A DNA stretch of 53,175 bases from a virus (IMGVR_UViG_3300023103_000006:1-53175); one strand, 5' to 3'. Positions 19,166-28,626 are shown, counted from the first letter of the stretch. The notes: a model not told the origin generated them from the sequence alone. Translations and numbers: made by a program.

Positions 19166-19846
19166 ATGAAGTTCGTTTTCTTTTTGCTAATTACATTAAA
19201 AACGTATGCGTCTATTGAGATAGATACAACATTTAATCCACCGGGTGATACTACTTCACCAACTGCCAGTATGTACCTGTTAGAATTAGCAGGAAAAGCA
19301 AAGTTTAAAGATTCAGTAAGGTTTCAGTACTTAACAAGATTCTTAGATGTAGCACATTTTACCAACGCATTGATTGAGACATTAAGATTACCAATAGCGG
19401 ACGGGATTTTACAAGTAAGTGAACAGAATGTTTTTTCAGGTGCGATAGCAGCTACGCAAATAGGTAGCGTATCAACCGGAAGGGTCACATTCGGAGATTC
19501 TACTCATAAACTAACAACAAGCGAGCTATTCCGCTACGAAGATTCAACCGGGACATTATTTGTACCTAATATAGTAATAGGTGAAGGAAGTTCTGAAGGG
19601 CTAAGGATAGGAGGAGGATTTGCTAAGATAAAAGGAAACTACACAGCAGATGATAAAATAGAAACAATTTTTGTTGATACAAGTGATGATAAGATAGAGA
19701 TAGACTTGAAACCACCTAAAAGAGAGGGCAAGTCTATTTTTATTAAGAGAGTAAAAGGAAAACACAGTTTTATAGTAAATAAAGAGCATAAAGCAAAAGA
19801 CGACATTAAATTAATATGGGACGGAAACACATGGATAAGACTATGA
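19166..19846 (+). CDS. Fibre-associated protein with predicted signal peptide
   Basis: Likely start ATG 19166 (MKFVFFLLITLKTYA-S); C-terminus YT..I.VD...I.L.P..G..I.IK...LIWDGNTW resembles phage fibre adaptor domains. Confidence 0.6.
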   Translation: MKFVFFLLITLKTYASIEIDTTFNPPGDTTSPTASMYLLELAGKAKFKDSVRFQYLTRFLDVAHFTNALIETLRLPIADGILQVSEQNVFSGAIAATQIGSVSTGRVTFGDSTHKLTTSELFRYEDSTGTLFVPNIVIGEGSSEGLRIGGGFAKIKGNYTADDKIETIFVDTSDDKIEIDLKPPKREGKSIFIKRVKGKHSFIVNKEHKAKDDIKLIWDGNTWIRL

Positions 19847-22800
19847 AATTACTAAAATATATATTATTACTTCTTCCTTTCTGGTCTTTTGCCCAAAGTG
19901 GAACTACCCATACAGGTAAAGTAAATATTAACAATGGCACTACTACTCCTACTGAAAGATTGTACGTGAATGGTACTTCTCGTTTTATTGGGGCTATTCA
20001 AATGAACGCTTACACAAATGGGGTATTAACAGTGAATGGCAGTGGTGTAGTTGGTGTTTCGGCAGGTGGTAGTGTTCCGGCAGCAGGAGCAAGTGGAACC
20101 GTTTTGACTTCAAATGGAAGTACTTATTCATGGAATTTGCTTACTAATACTAACATTGCCGCAGGAGCAGCTATTACGCAATCTAAAATTGCGAACCTAT
20201 CGGACTCTTTAAATGCAAGATTAAGGCTATCTGGCGGAACTATGACAGGGAATCTTACGCTTAGGTATAGCGTTCGGGTAGGTGGTACAAGCCTTTTTGG
20301 GTATAATACATTTTTAGGCAAAAATGCACTTATAGCGTACACCTCCGGTAGTAACAATACAGCAATAGGTGATGCAGCTTTGTCCGTTCTTACGACTGCT
20401 AATTATAACACAGCCGTTGGAGTTAGTGCGCTTAAAAATACTAATGCAACCTCTAACACAGCAGTTGGCGCAAGTGCATTAGAATCTAACACTTCAGGAG
20501 GGTATAATGTTGCAATGGGTATGAATAGCCTAATATCTACAACTACTGGACAAGGTAATGTAGCAACAGGATGGAATGCTTTAGGCAGCAATGTAAGCGG
20601 TTCGGTTAATACGGCTGTCGGGTATGGGGCAGGAAGATATAACTTAGGGAGTAATAATACTTACTTAGGTAGTTTTTCTGGATTAGGCTTTGAAAATCGC
20701 TCAGGAAGGATTTGGATAAGCGATGGACAGTCTAACGTTAGAATCATGTCAGATAGTCTTGGAAACGTAGGAGTGGGAACGAATAGCCCGACTGTTAGAT
20801 TACAAGTGGCTGGTGATTTTACCGTAAGTGGCGCAATCAACACGACACTAAGTAATGGATATGGAAAAATAACTTCTGGAGTATTAGGTTCGGTGTCTTC
20901 TATTCCGGTTTCCGACATAACTGGTACGCTGCCAGTAAATAAAGGTGGTACAGGAGCGGTAACGCTAACTGGATACTTAAGAGGAAATGGAACGGGTGCA
21001 TTTAGTGCAGTAAACTCGATTGATTATTCAGACGTAACATTCCCGGCAACACAAATACCATTCGGAAGTGCTGGGGGGTTTCTTGCTAATAGCGCCGCCT
21101 TCACTTTTGATAGCGGACTAATGAGTGTAGGGGCTGTTAATGCATCATCTTACGTTACTGTTGGAGGAGGGATTAGAACAGGGGCTTTAAGTTATATAAG
21201 AGGACAGGCAAACCTTTATGGTGGAACAATTTATGCTGACAGTACGGGCGCAGGGTATAATCATAGGTATAGAACAAGAATTATAAATGTTGGAGGCGTG
21301 GGTACCTACTCAATTGACTATTCATTAAATGGAGGTATTTTTACTTCTGGAATTTTCAATATAAGAGGTTCTAACGTTGGTATTGGAACGGATAATCCCT
21401 CAACAAAGCTACAAGTAGTTGGTGATGTAAATATATCCACTACCCTAGTTGTGGGTGGGAGGTCTACACTAAACGGCATAGATATTTGGAGAAACGGAGC
21501 GTCTACAAACAATAATAACATTGCCATTGGGGCAAATACATTTACGGCACTTACTACTGGTTTAAGAAATGTTGCTTTGGGCGATTCTTCGTTGAGATTA
21601 AATACCACAGGCGCACAAAACACAGCAATTGGGTACCGGGCAATGGAAAATAATACAACCGGAGGATTTAATGTAGCGATTGGCGGAAATTCCGGGAGAA
21701 GTGCCAATGACGGACTATCTAATAACACCTATATTAATTTTAACGGAGCAGGCGTAACAACGGGGAATAATGTATTCATAGGGGATGGTAGTGCTGTAAG
21801 GATACGAGCCAATTCTACCGGAGACGTAGGTATTAATACAGGTACAAATACGCTTTTAGCTACTGGGGGAGGTCTTGATATTGCAAGTGGATTACTAGCT
21901 GAAGTAGGTGGAGCAAATACAAACTCATCATCAGGACTTAGAACAGATGCAACGAGTAAGGTATTCAGAAAAGGAGCAGTACACTATACAAATGCAGAAG
22001 AGCCAGTGGGAATAGTGATGGTTTCAAGCACAGCAACAAGCGGCATACTAAACTGGGGCGGAGGTTCTACTGCAATGAACGCACCAACACAACAAAGATT
22101 CTATACAGCTGCTAATAATACAACTGTAACAGGAACAGAAAGAATGCGTATTGATAGCTTAGGGCAAGTAGGTTTACCTACAACTGTTATGGGTAGGACT
22201 ATTTCAGTAAACAAGTTAATAACTGGCGCAACAGTATCTTATGGAATTAGCAATGCCGGGGTGACGCAATCAGATGTTACTTCTGCTTCTATTTATTATG
22301 CAACAAACGCAAGCACGGCAGCAGCTTCTTATACCGTACCTAGCTTATATCACTATTACGCTATACAGGGAACAGTAGGGGCAGGAAGTACGGTAACAAA
22401 TCAATACGGTTTTTATGTTGATGCCGGAGCAACAGGAGCGACTAATAACTACGGATTACGCTCAGATTTAGCAGCTTCAACAGGTCGTTGGAACGTTTTC
22501 ACTGGAACTGCTCAGAGTTATTTTGGTGGAAAAATTGGAGTCGGAAGCGGAAAAACAGTTCCAGTATATGATGTTGATGTGAACGGGGTTGTTGGTGCCA
22601 ATAGATTTGTAAGTCAGGGGTCTGCACCTACCATTTCTGCGGGCGCTGGCGCAGGAACAATACCTGCTATTGCACTAGCAGCAGGAAGTACAGACAATTG
22701 GTTTCAAGTGCAATTGGTAACCGGAACATCTCCATCGGTCAGTTCTGTAGTGGCTACTATTACCTTTAGTGGTGGCGCTTATTCTACCGCTTCATTTGGA

Positions 22801-22956
22801 GGATGTAGTCCTGTAAATTCGGCAGCCGCTACGCTGAGTGGCGCAAATCAGGTGTTTTTCACGAATACGACGACAACTTTAGTTATAAATTCAAACACTA
22901 CCGCTTTGGCATCCGGCACAGACTATCGTTGGAATTGCTGGGCAGGGGGTAAATAA
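19843..22956 (+). CDS. Tail fibre/adhesin-like protein with Sec signal peptide
   Basis: Start 19843 by ATGA overlap (MKLLKYILLLLPFWSFA-Q); NxAxGxxAL repeats and GNVG[IV]GTxxP motifs; G/T/S/N-rich. Confidence 0.75.
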   Translation: MKLLKYILLLLPFWSFAQSGTTHTGKVNINNGTTTPTERLYVNGTSRFIGAIQMNAYTNGVLTVNGSGVVGVSAGGSVPAAGASGTVLTSNGSTYSWNLLTNTNIAAGAAITQSKIANLSDSLNARLRLSGGTMTGNLTLRYSVRVGGTSLFGYNTFLGKNALIAYTSGSNNTAIGDAALSVLTTANYNTAVGVSALKNTNATSNTAVGASALESNTSGGYNVAMGMNSLISTTTGQGNVATGWNALGSNVSGSVNTAVGYGAGRYNLGSNNTYLGSFSGLGFENRSGRIWISDGQSNVRIMSDSLGNVGVGTNSPTVRLQVAGDFTVSGAINTTLSNGYGKITSGVLGSVSSIPVSDITGTLPVNKGGTGAVTLTGYLRGNGTGAFSAVNSIDYSDVTFPATQIPFGSAGGFLANSAAFTFDSGLMSVGAVNASSYVTVGGGIRTGALSYIRGQANLYGGTIYADSTGAGYNHRYRTRIINVGGVGTYSIDYSLNGGIFTSGIFNIRGSNVGIGTDNPSTKLQVVGDVNISTTLVVGGRSTLNGIDIWRNGASTNNNNIAIGANTFTALTTGLRNVALGDSSLRLNTTGAQNTAIGYRAMENNTTGGFNVAIGGNSGRSANDGLSNNTYINFNGAGVTTGNNVFIGDGSAVRIRANSTGDVGINTGTNTLLATGGGLDIASGLLAEVGGANTNSSSGLRTDATSKVFRKGAVHYTNAEEPVGIVMVSSTATSGILNWGGGSTAMNAPTQQRFYTAANNTTVTGTERMRIDSLGQVGLPTTVMGRTISVNKLITGATVSYGISNAGVTQSDVTSASIYYATNASTAAASYTVPSLYHYYAIQGTVGAGSTVTNQYGFYVDAGATGATNNYGLRSDLAASTGRWNVFTGTAQSYFGGKIGVGSGKTVPVYDVDVNGVVGANRFVSQGSAPTISAGAGAGTIPAIALAAGSTDNWFQVQLVTGTSPSVSSVVATITFSGGAYSTASFGGCSPVNSAAATLSGANQVFFTNTTTTLVINSNTTALASGTDYRWNCWAGGK

Positions 22957-22965
22957 AACAAACAC

Positions 22966-23757
22966 ATGAAAACCATTTTACTTTTGCTCGTGAGTACCTG
23001 TATTTTTGCACAAACACCAATATCAGGTATTGATTACACATTAACCAGAACAGTTGACAATACAGTTAATAACTATTTCAACGTAGGGACTATTAAGACA
23101 ACAGGAATGAGCGTAGAGGTAATAATTTCCTGCAATTCTGCTACCTGGCCTTCGAGTAAAAGATATAACTTCCAATTAGGCGGAAACCCCTATACTGGCT
23201 GGATGAAAGTACCAAGTTCTAATAATTCTATTGTGACTGACTGGGATTTACAGATTTATATGTACGGTGATTCGACCCAGCTAAGAGTAAAGAATGTTGC
23301 ATCTCATGGCGGAACGGTACCTGTTAATATAACGATTTCGGCAAATGGAAATACAGATGCCAAATTCTATCCGAATGCCGGAACTGGTAGTGATGCAAGC
23401 AATTTGTATACTTATATTTCGTTTAATCCTGAGATAATAAGCAGTTCTTTAGGATTTAAGCCGTACTCTAATACAGCGACTACTACAAGTGGGGTAGCTA
23501 CTTTTTATTTGACAAGCGACAAAACGGCGGGTGGAACGGCTTTGTATGGCACAAATGTTTATCCTAATATTGTGGTGAATGATGCGGCGGCAAATTATAC
23601 TTACGGGTGGTCATTAAGCGGAGATAAAAAGACGTTAACAGTGACGACGAAGGTAAGTTCACAAAATGTAGTGGCATTGGTAGGGCTTACACTAATAGGA
23701 GTTCCGGCTAATGTGCCTAATGGAACTACTGTTTATTTAACTTGTTTTGGATTATGA
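22966..23757 (+). CDS. Fibre-associated protein with Sec signal peptide
   Basis: MKTILLLLVSTCIFA-Q; beta-rich, T/S/N-rich. Confidence 0.65.
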   Translation: MKTILLLLVSTCIFAQTPISGIDYTLTRTVDNTVNNYFNVGTIKTTGMSVEVIISCNSATWPSSKRYNFQLGGNPYTGWMKVPSSNNSIVTDWDLQIYMYGDSTQLRVKNVASHGGTVPVNITISANGNTDAKFYPNAGTGSDASNLYTYISFNPEIISSSLGFKPYSNTATTTSGVATFYLTSDKTAGGTALYGTNVYPNIVVNDAAANYTYGWSLSGDKKTLTVTTKVSSQNVVALVGLTLIGVPANVPNGTTVYLTCFGL

Positions 23758-24320
23758 TAATCAAGCAAAACTTTTTTGATATTGTACGAAAGGAATTAGG
23801 CAAACTCAATCAAAGTCAGGTTGATGGTTTTGATTTTATATTAGATTCGTTGACTAGTCAGGACGAGATTAAAGACTTAAGGCAGTTTGCTTATATCTTA
23901 GCTACTATCTGGCATGAGACAGCCAGAACTATGCAGCCTATTGAAGAGTGGGGTAAAGGTAAAGGACACGATTACGGCAAACCTGACCCCGTGACTAAAC
24001 AGGTTTATTACGGCCGTGGATATGTACAAATAACTTGGAAAGACAATTACCAGAAGTTTGCTAACATCTTAAATATCAACTTAGTAGGTAAGCCGGAACT
24101 GGCACTACAAAAAGAAGTAGCTATTAAAATATGTTTGATAGGCATGAAAGAAGGACTATTTAGGGCTAGCCATAAACTTGATATTTATTTCAACGAAACT
24201 AACGAGGATTGGATAAATGCCAGACTAATCATAAATGGGAAAAAGAAAGGCGAAACGCTACCCGACAAAGCAAAAGAAATAGCAGAATACGCAAAGATAT
24301 TTTATAAGGCGTTGATATAA
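23754..24320 (+). CDS. Endolysin, glycoside hydrolase family 19-like
   Basis: YILATIWHET and YYGRGYVQITWKDNY motifs; start at ATGA overlap 23754. Confidence 0.88.
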   Translation: MIIKQNFFDIVRKELGKLNQSQVDGFDFILDSLTSQDEIKDLRQFAYILATIWHETARTMQPIEEWGKGKGHDYGKPDPVTKQVYYGRGYVQITWKDNYQKFANILNINLVGKPELALQKEVAIKICLIGMKEGLFRASHKLDIYFNETNEDWINARLIINGKKKGETLPDKAKEIAEYAKIFYKALI

Positions 24321-24436
24321 ACACAAAATCCGCTTAGTAGCGGACTTGTGGGTTAACCCAAAAACTAAAACTGATATTTCCCTATCGAATCCAAACCACC
24401 TTTAATCCAACTGAGAAGTGGGGTTTAAAAGGTGAA
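24320..24436 (-). ncRNA. Candidate ~115 nt small RNA antisense to the lysin-spanin intergenic region
   Basis: Minus-strand TATATTTG at 24439-24446 with TTTG 18 nt upstream; 5' hairpin CACCUUU/AAAGGUG; 3' terminator-like hairpin 24322-24350 whose G-U pair forms only on the minus strand; no obvious ORF. Confidence 0.5.
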
Positions 24437-24459
24437 AACAAATATAAACAAAAAATCTT

Positions 24460-24906
24460 ATGCTCAAAATACTTTCGTTCTTTTCTTTGGAAAGAATACT
24501 TTCAATAGTTTCGCTGATTGGTATATTCTATCTAACACGTGATGTAGTAAGCTGCCAGAAGAACAAAGTAATAAGTAAACTCGATAAAGAGATAATCAAA
24601 AAAGATGAAATTATAGTATCAAAAGATTTAGTTATCACTCAACTACAAAAAGACACCTCAGAATACCGTCAGAACTTCGCTATATCAAGTATTCAGATAG
24701 ACTCTTTACAATCTATGGTTCAATACTTTTCAAAGCGTGATAGAGCCTTAAAACGTGATTTATTAGAATCACAAGAATCAATGAAACACGCAATAGATGA
24801 AGGGATAGTAATTTGTGATACTTTATTCGTAAAGCCCGTTAATTTATTCAAAAAAGGAGCTTATAAGCGCATTCCTAAATCAGAGATAAGAGAGATTAGG
24901 GATTAG
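24460..24906 (+). CDS. Putative spanin (Rz-like)
   Basis: N-terminal hydrophobic segment followed by coiled coil; directly after endolysin. Confidence 0.55.
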   Translation: MLKILSFFSLERILSIVSLIGIFYLTRDVVSCQKNKVISKLDKEIIKKDEIIVSKDLVITQLQKDTSEYRQNFAISSIQIDSLQSMVQYFSKRDRALKRDLLESQESMKHAIDEGIVICDTLFVKPVNLFKKGAYKRIPKSEIREIRD

Positions 24907-25111
24907 GCTTTTTGATATAATAATATGTTCCAGCAAATCTTGAATGTGCGTATCCCTTTACTTCGTCTTTTTCGTCTACCATATATTTATAGCTATTATC
25001 TATAACAATATCGCCTTTTACTGTGTTTAAATTATTCTCTGTTTGAAACTTGCAAGCCTCTTGATAAGTTACTTGAACAAATTCTTCTTTGTTTATTTTG
25101 TAATTTTTCAT
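24896..25111 (-). CDS. Hypothetical protein
   Basis: Last ORF of the convergent minus-strand operon. Confidence 0.55.
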   Translation of the reverse strand: MKNYKINKEEFVQVTYQEACKFQTENNLNTVKGDIVIDNSYKYMVDEKDEVKGYAHSRFAGTYYYIKKPNP

Positions 25112-25153
25112 ACTTCAATACTGTTTATTGTTTCATTGATTTCTTTTTCTTGC

Positions 25154-25312
25154 TCATTCTCTATTTAATCGTTTAACGACTATAAATATATTTCCTATTA
25201 ATGCAGCCGTCAATATCATAATAGCTGCCACATCTGAAATAGTAAATTTATCATCCATTAATGACGCTCCAAGTGCTAAACTAACTATAATACAAGCAAT
25301 GAAATTTATCAT
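25154..25312 (-). CDS. Small 2-TM membrane protein (52 aa)
   Basis: MINFIACIIVSLALGASLMDDKFTISDVAAIMILTAALIGNIFIVVKRLNRE; below the ORF-track cutoff. Confidence 0.5.
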   Translation of the reverse strand: MINFIACIIVSLALGASLMDDKFTISDVAAIMILTAALIGNIFIVVKRLNRE

Positions 25313-25323
25313 CTTTCTATTGT

Positions 25324-25635
25324 TTAAACTGTTATTAATTCTTTTCTAACTTTAGCAACTCTACGCCTGGATACCTTAAACGTTTCACCTGTAAGTGATT
25401 TAACTTTTCCGCTTTTGTCATTACCTTCATAATGCTGAACGAATATAGGATTAACCGCAACGATTTTATCTATTCGGATGAAACTATTTTCTATTAGCTT
25501 TAATATCTTAGTTAGTGTAAATGAGCTTAGAAAATAAGTTCCATCTTCAAAATATATCCGGCAATAGTTTATCTCTGACTTAAGATGTGTTATTTGGCTT
25601 GTGTCTAATAGCCGTCTGGATATTTTTACTGTCAT
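25324..25635 (-). CDS. Stand-alone LytTR DNA-binding domain protein
   Basis: I.HL.SE.NY..IYF...TL......FIRIDK...VN....VSRRR pattern of LytTR. Confidence 0.8.
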   Translation of the reverse strand: MTVKISRRLLDTSQITHLKSEINYCRIYFEDGTYFLSSFTLTKILKLIENSFIRIDKIVAVNPIFVQHYEGNDKSGKVKSLTGETFKVSRRRVAKVRKELITV

Positions 25636-25830
25636 TTAATCTTTATATTTTATGTTTCTCATACGCATTGTTATTCTTTTTAGTTCATCTGCGCACAACC
25701 ATAGATAATCAGACCTACTAGGTGTTTTTCTAATTCTGCCAGAGTCTTTAGGCTCTTTATCTTTCAATTCCTCTATTATCTTACTAGCCTGTTCTGTCAG
25801 GTCTTTAGCTTTTTGTAGTTGAGAGTTCAT
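25636..25830 (-). CDS. Hypothetical protein
   Basis: Tiled ORF in operon. Confidence 0.55.
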   Translation of the reverse strand: MNSQLQKAKDLTEQASKIIEELKDKEPKDSGRIRKTPSRSDYLWLCADELKRITMRMRNIKYKD

Positions 25831-26114
25831 AGTTCTGAAAATTCTTTTTGTAGCGTAATAATTTCTTGCTTTATTCGACTAATAACTGAATCAATTAGCA
25901 CGGATATTTCAGGAGTCTGTTTAGTGTATAAACTTTGCAACTTTGTTTCTGAGTGAAAAGGGAATCCACCGTCTGTACTTTCTTCATGAACTTCCTGAGA
26001 GAAAAAGTCAATTCTAGTACAGCCTTTGCAATACATAAAACTATTGATTTCATTTTGCTTTTTCTTAATTTCTGCCTGAATTTCGTTAGCTCGTTTTCTT
26101 ACTTCTTCTGTCAT
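25827..26114 (-). CDS. Hypothetical protein
   Basis: ATGA-coupled ORF. Confidence 0.6.
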   Translation of the reverse strand: MTEEVRKRANEIQAEIKKKQNEINSFMYCKGCTRIDFFSQEVHEESTDGGFPFHSETKLQSLYTKQTPEISVLIDSVISRIKQEIITLQKEFSEL

Positions 26115-26235
26115 TGTCTTTTCAGTTTTAATATCCTGCTTGCCTCAGCAGGAGTGAAGTTATTAGTAATTATAAATTTAATTTTCTGTCTTTCAGTATC
26201 AACAGGTATTCGTTCTTTGAGTAGGCGTGATTCTC

Positions 26236-26508
26236 TCATTTGACTACAGGTATTTCCATGTAGTGGATTATGTTGTGAAATATAAAGGTAGGCAATTCGC
26301 AAAATATACCTCCTCTTATAGATGGTTTTAAAGTTCCAACCATAGCTATTCCTTTAGAATCAAAGGCTATAACTTTTTCATTTGGCAAATTATCCTTATC
26401 CACCGTAATAATAATAGCATTTACTATTTCAGCGGCCAAATCGTCAAACCCCGTATCCGTTCCTAGCATACAGTTGTTTCTTAAAACTTCAATTATTTTC
26501 TGTTTCAT
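26236..26508 (-). CDS. Hypothetical protein
   Basis: Tiled ORF. Confidence 0.6.
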   Translation of the reverse strand: MKQKIIEVLRNNCMLGTDTGFDDLAAEIVNAIIITVDKDNLPNEKVIAFDSKGIAMVGTLKPSIRGGIFCELPTFIFHNIIHYMEIPVVK

Positions 26509-26520
26509 AGGTAATCAGGT

Positions 26521-26745
26521 TTAAGTATTCATTAGTTTGTCGAACTCGGTTAGCCATTCGATTGTAAAATTCTCTTTTAAACACACTCCATACTCTATAA
26601 ACCCGTATTCGTCAGAAGTATAAGTAAAAAAATCAAAAGTTCCATTTTTATAGAATCTAATAATTGCCGAAAATGTAGAATATTGTTTTACAAAGTTTGG
26701 AGACTCAAACCCCAACTCTTCCAATGCTTTCTTTATCTGTTCCAT
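26521..26745 (-). CDS. Hypothetical protein
   Basis: Tiled ORF. Confidence 0.55.
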   Translation of the reverse strand: MEQIKKALEELGFESPNFVKQYSTFSAIIRFYKNGTFDFFTYTSDEYGFIEYGVCLKENFTIEWLTEFDKLMNT

Positions 26746-26746
26746 G

Positions 26747-26956
26747 CTATTTTTCTATTTTACGCCAATGCGAAGGTTTAGAATTTTTAAAGGTAATTTT
26801 ATTGTCTTTTGTCTGAGTTACAGAAAATGAACCTGTTTCATTTATCCACCCGGTGGTTTTCCATTCAGGAACTACGCTTAATGTGCTAATCCTCATAAAC
26901 TCTACTCTGGTTTTAGGAGGTGGTTTTTGCTTTTCTATTTCAATCCAATCTTTCAT
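26747..26956 (-). CDS. DUF551-like small phage protein
   Basis: W I...P...V....SHW pattern. Confidence 0.5.
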   Translation of the reverse strand: MKDWIEIEKQKPPPKTRVEFMRISTLSVVPEWKTTGWINETGSFSVTQTKDNKITFKNSKPSHWRKIEK

Positions 26957-27417
26957 TTCTCTTTTAGGTTATCGTTAATAATTGGCTTAGCTAGGTTACG
27001 ACCCAAAAGATTTTGGAAATCGAAATGGTGTTTAGCCAGTATTTGAACTTGCCAGTAGTGCAAATCTTTATAGCTCGAGTGTTTCATTGAATCGAGATAC
27101 ATAGTCCAATTTGCGATATTAGTATCAGCGTGCAAGTTCATTAGATGTTTTGCCATTTCTTTATAGGCTTCTGATTCAATAGTAAACTCCGACATTGGGC
27201 GAAGAAGTGGGGTGAAGTCTTTTAGGGGTTGCCAATAGTCTGGTCTAGTAAATTCTGTAATTATAAAGGTTTCACTCCTTTGATAGTTACAATCTTTTAG
27301 CAGACACTTGCCGCCATTTAGTCCCAATAATTCATGCACTTTTTCACTTTCATCTTCAATGCCCTTCAACCCATAAGGGAGATACGGGGACAGCATTTCA
27401 ATACTTAATTTTTCCAT
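26953..27417 (-). CDS. Hypothetical phage protein
   Basis: PYLPYGLK...PLLRPMS...HFDF..L pattern recalled from Bacteroidota phage proteins. Confidence 0.6.
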   Translation of the reverse strand: MEKLSIEMLSPYLPYGLKGIEDESEKVHELLGLNGGKCLLKDCNYQRSETFIITEFTRPDYWQPLKDFTPLLRPMSEFTIESEAYKEMAKHLMNLHADTNIANWTMYLDSMKHSSYKDLHYWQVQILAKHHFDFQNLLGRNLAKPIINDNLKEK

Positions 27418-27431
27418 AGTTTAGTTATTTA

Positions 27432-27538
27432 TAAAATTAGCCGCCTTTCGGCATGGTGCTACAACATTTACCACTCTTATTATGTTTGTTGCCACAAGTC
27501 TAGGTGCCCTAGATTGCGAATAAGCATGACTAATTTTA
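27432..27538 (-). ncRNA. Candidate multi-branched structured RNA
   Basis: 11-bp closing stem, three internal hairpins, GCC-GAAA-GGC GNRA tetraloop on the minus strand. Confidence 0.5.
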
Positions 27539-27555
27539 ATGAGGGTTAATATTCC

Positions 27556-27831
27556 TTACATACCAATCATATTTGAATCGAAGAGTACAGGGTCGTTAAG
27601 CCCTAAAACACAATATCCCTTTTCGATGCCAAAAGACCCCCCGTTTAGTTTATACGTAATTTCGGCTCGTATGTATCTGCCGGAAAAACTGTCTTTAATG
27701 TGGTCGTATTCTTTCAAGTCTAACATATCGCCCACCTCAAAGTTTCTATCGTCTTCTCTGACTTCAAAGGTTTTATGTCCTTCCCATAGTGCCTTAAAAT
27801 ATTCTTCCCAAGTTTTCAATTCGTGTATCAT
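27556..27831 (-). CDS. ASCH/PUA-like (DUF3850) protein
   Basis: HELK...YF.A...G.KTFEVR.DDR.F.VGD.L.L.E motif. Confidence 0.85.
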   Translation of the reverse strand: MIHELKTWEEYFKALWEGHKTFEVREDDRNFEVGDMLDLKEYDHIKDSFSGRYIRAEITYKLNGGSFGIEKGYCVLGLNDPVLFDSNMIGM

Positions 27832-27861
27832 CTTGTTATCTGTTTATAATTGAATGATTGG

Positions 27862-28233
27862 TTAAATTCCTTTTTTAAATATTTGAGTTAATGCTTTGGC
27901 AAGTTCTTTTTTAGCCTTAGCTTCTGATTCAACATTAAAGTGTATACCATGAATAATAAACTCTTTTTTAACTTTCTTTGGTCTATCTACTTTTACGGGT
28001 AAGTTTTCTATATTAGGAACTAGGTCAGAAACGCTTAACCCTAATACACTTGATATTTTCACCAAGTTAGATACTGGTATATCACGGGTTCCCTCTTCAT
28101 AGTTAAATATAGCACCCTTAGATAGCCCTATCTTATCAGCCAACTCTTGCATTGTCATTCTTAATTCAATTCTTTTATTTGAAATAAGAATACCTATTTG
28201 TCTACATACCGGGTCACAATCTTTAGTTTTCAT
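27862..28233 (-). CDS. XRE-family HTH regulator
   Basis: MTMQELADKIGLSKGAIFNYEEG motif. Confidence 0.85.
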   Translation of the reverse strand: MKTKDCDPVCRQIGILISNKRIELRMTMQELADKIGLSKGAIFNYEEGTRDIPVSNLVKISSVLGLSVSDLVPNIENLPVKVDRPKKVKKEFIIHGIHFNVESEAKAKKELAKALTQIFKKGI

Positions 28234-28263
28234 ATTTAAAAAGGTTTAAAGACGTTTTTATGA

Positions 28264-28626
28264 TTAAATCTTTTCGCAAACATTAATTGCTCTTACTTCT
28301 TCTTCCAAGTACACCTTACAGTCTTTTAGCGTATTCACAAATCCGAAGTGCTTCATAATTTCTTCTACTGCTAATGGAGCAGGATAGTTTTTGGTACACG
28401 AAACCGATAAATGCCTTACGTTTCCTTGTGGGTATTCATCAATAGAAAATACGGCTCTGAAATTCATAGGAATCATTACTATGTGATTTTCATCGTCTCC
28501 TATTGGTAACCTATCCTTTAGGGAAACATCAAGCATGTCATCCATTGATTGAGGGTGTTTTTCTGCCCATGCAACGACTTCTTTTATTCGTTCGATAGTA
28601 TCGTTATCTATTACTAATACACTCAT
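28264..28626 (-). CDS. Hypothetical protein
   Basis: 120 aa; RHLSVS motif. Confidence 0.6.
   Translation of the reverse strand: MSVLVIDNDTIERIKEVVAWAEKHPQSMDDMLDVSLKDRLPIGDDENHIVMIPMNFRAVFSIDEYPQGNVRHLSVSCTKNYPAPLAVEEIMKHFGFVNTLKDCKVYLEEEVRAINVCEKI

Noticed and set aside
3013-21728. Minus-strand ORFs within the structural region (e.g. 5212-5718, 6244-6615, 14637-15071, 21318-21728)
   Set aside because: Antisense shadows fully inside well-supported + strand genes, with no motifs.
27432-27538. tRNA, SAM-I riboswitch or hammerhead interpretation of the structured element
   Set aside because: No T-loop/D-loop consensus, no CUGAUGA core, and only fragmentary resemblance (CUUAU, GGCAAC) to SAM-I.
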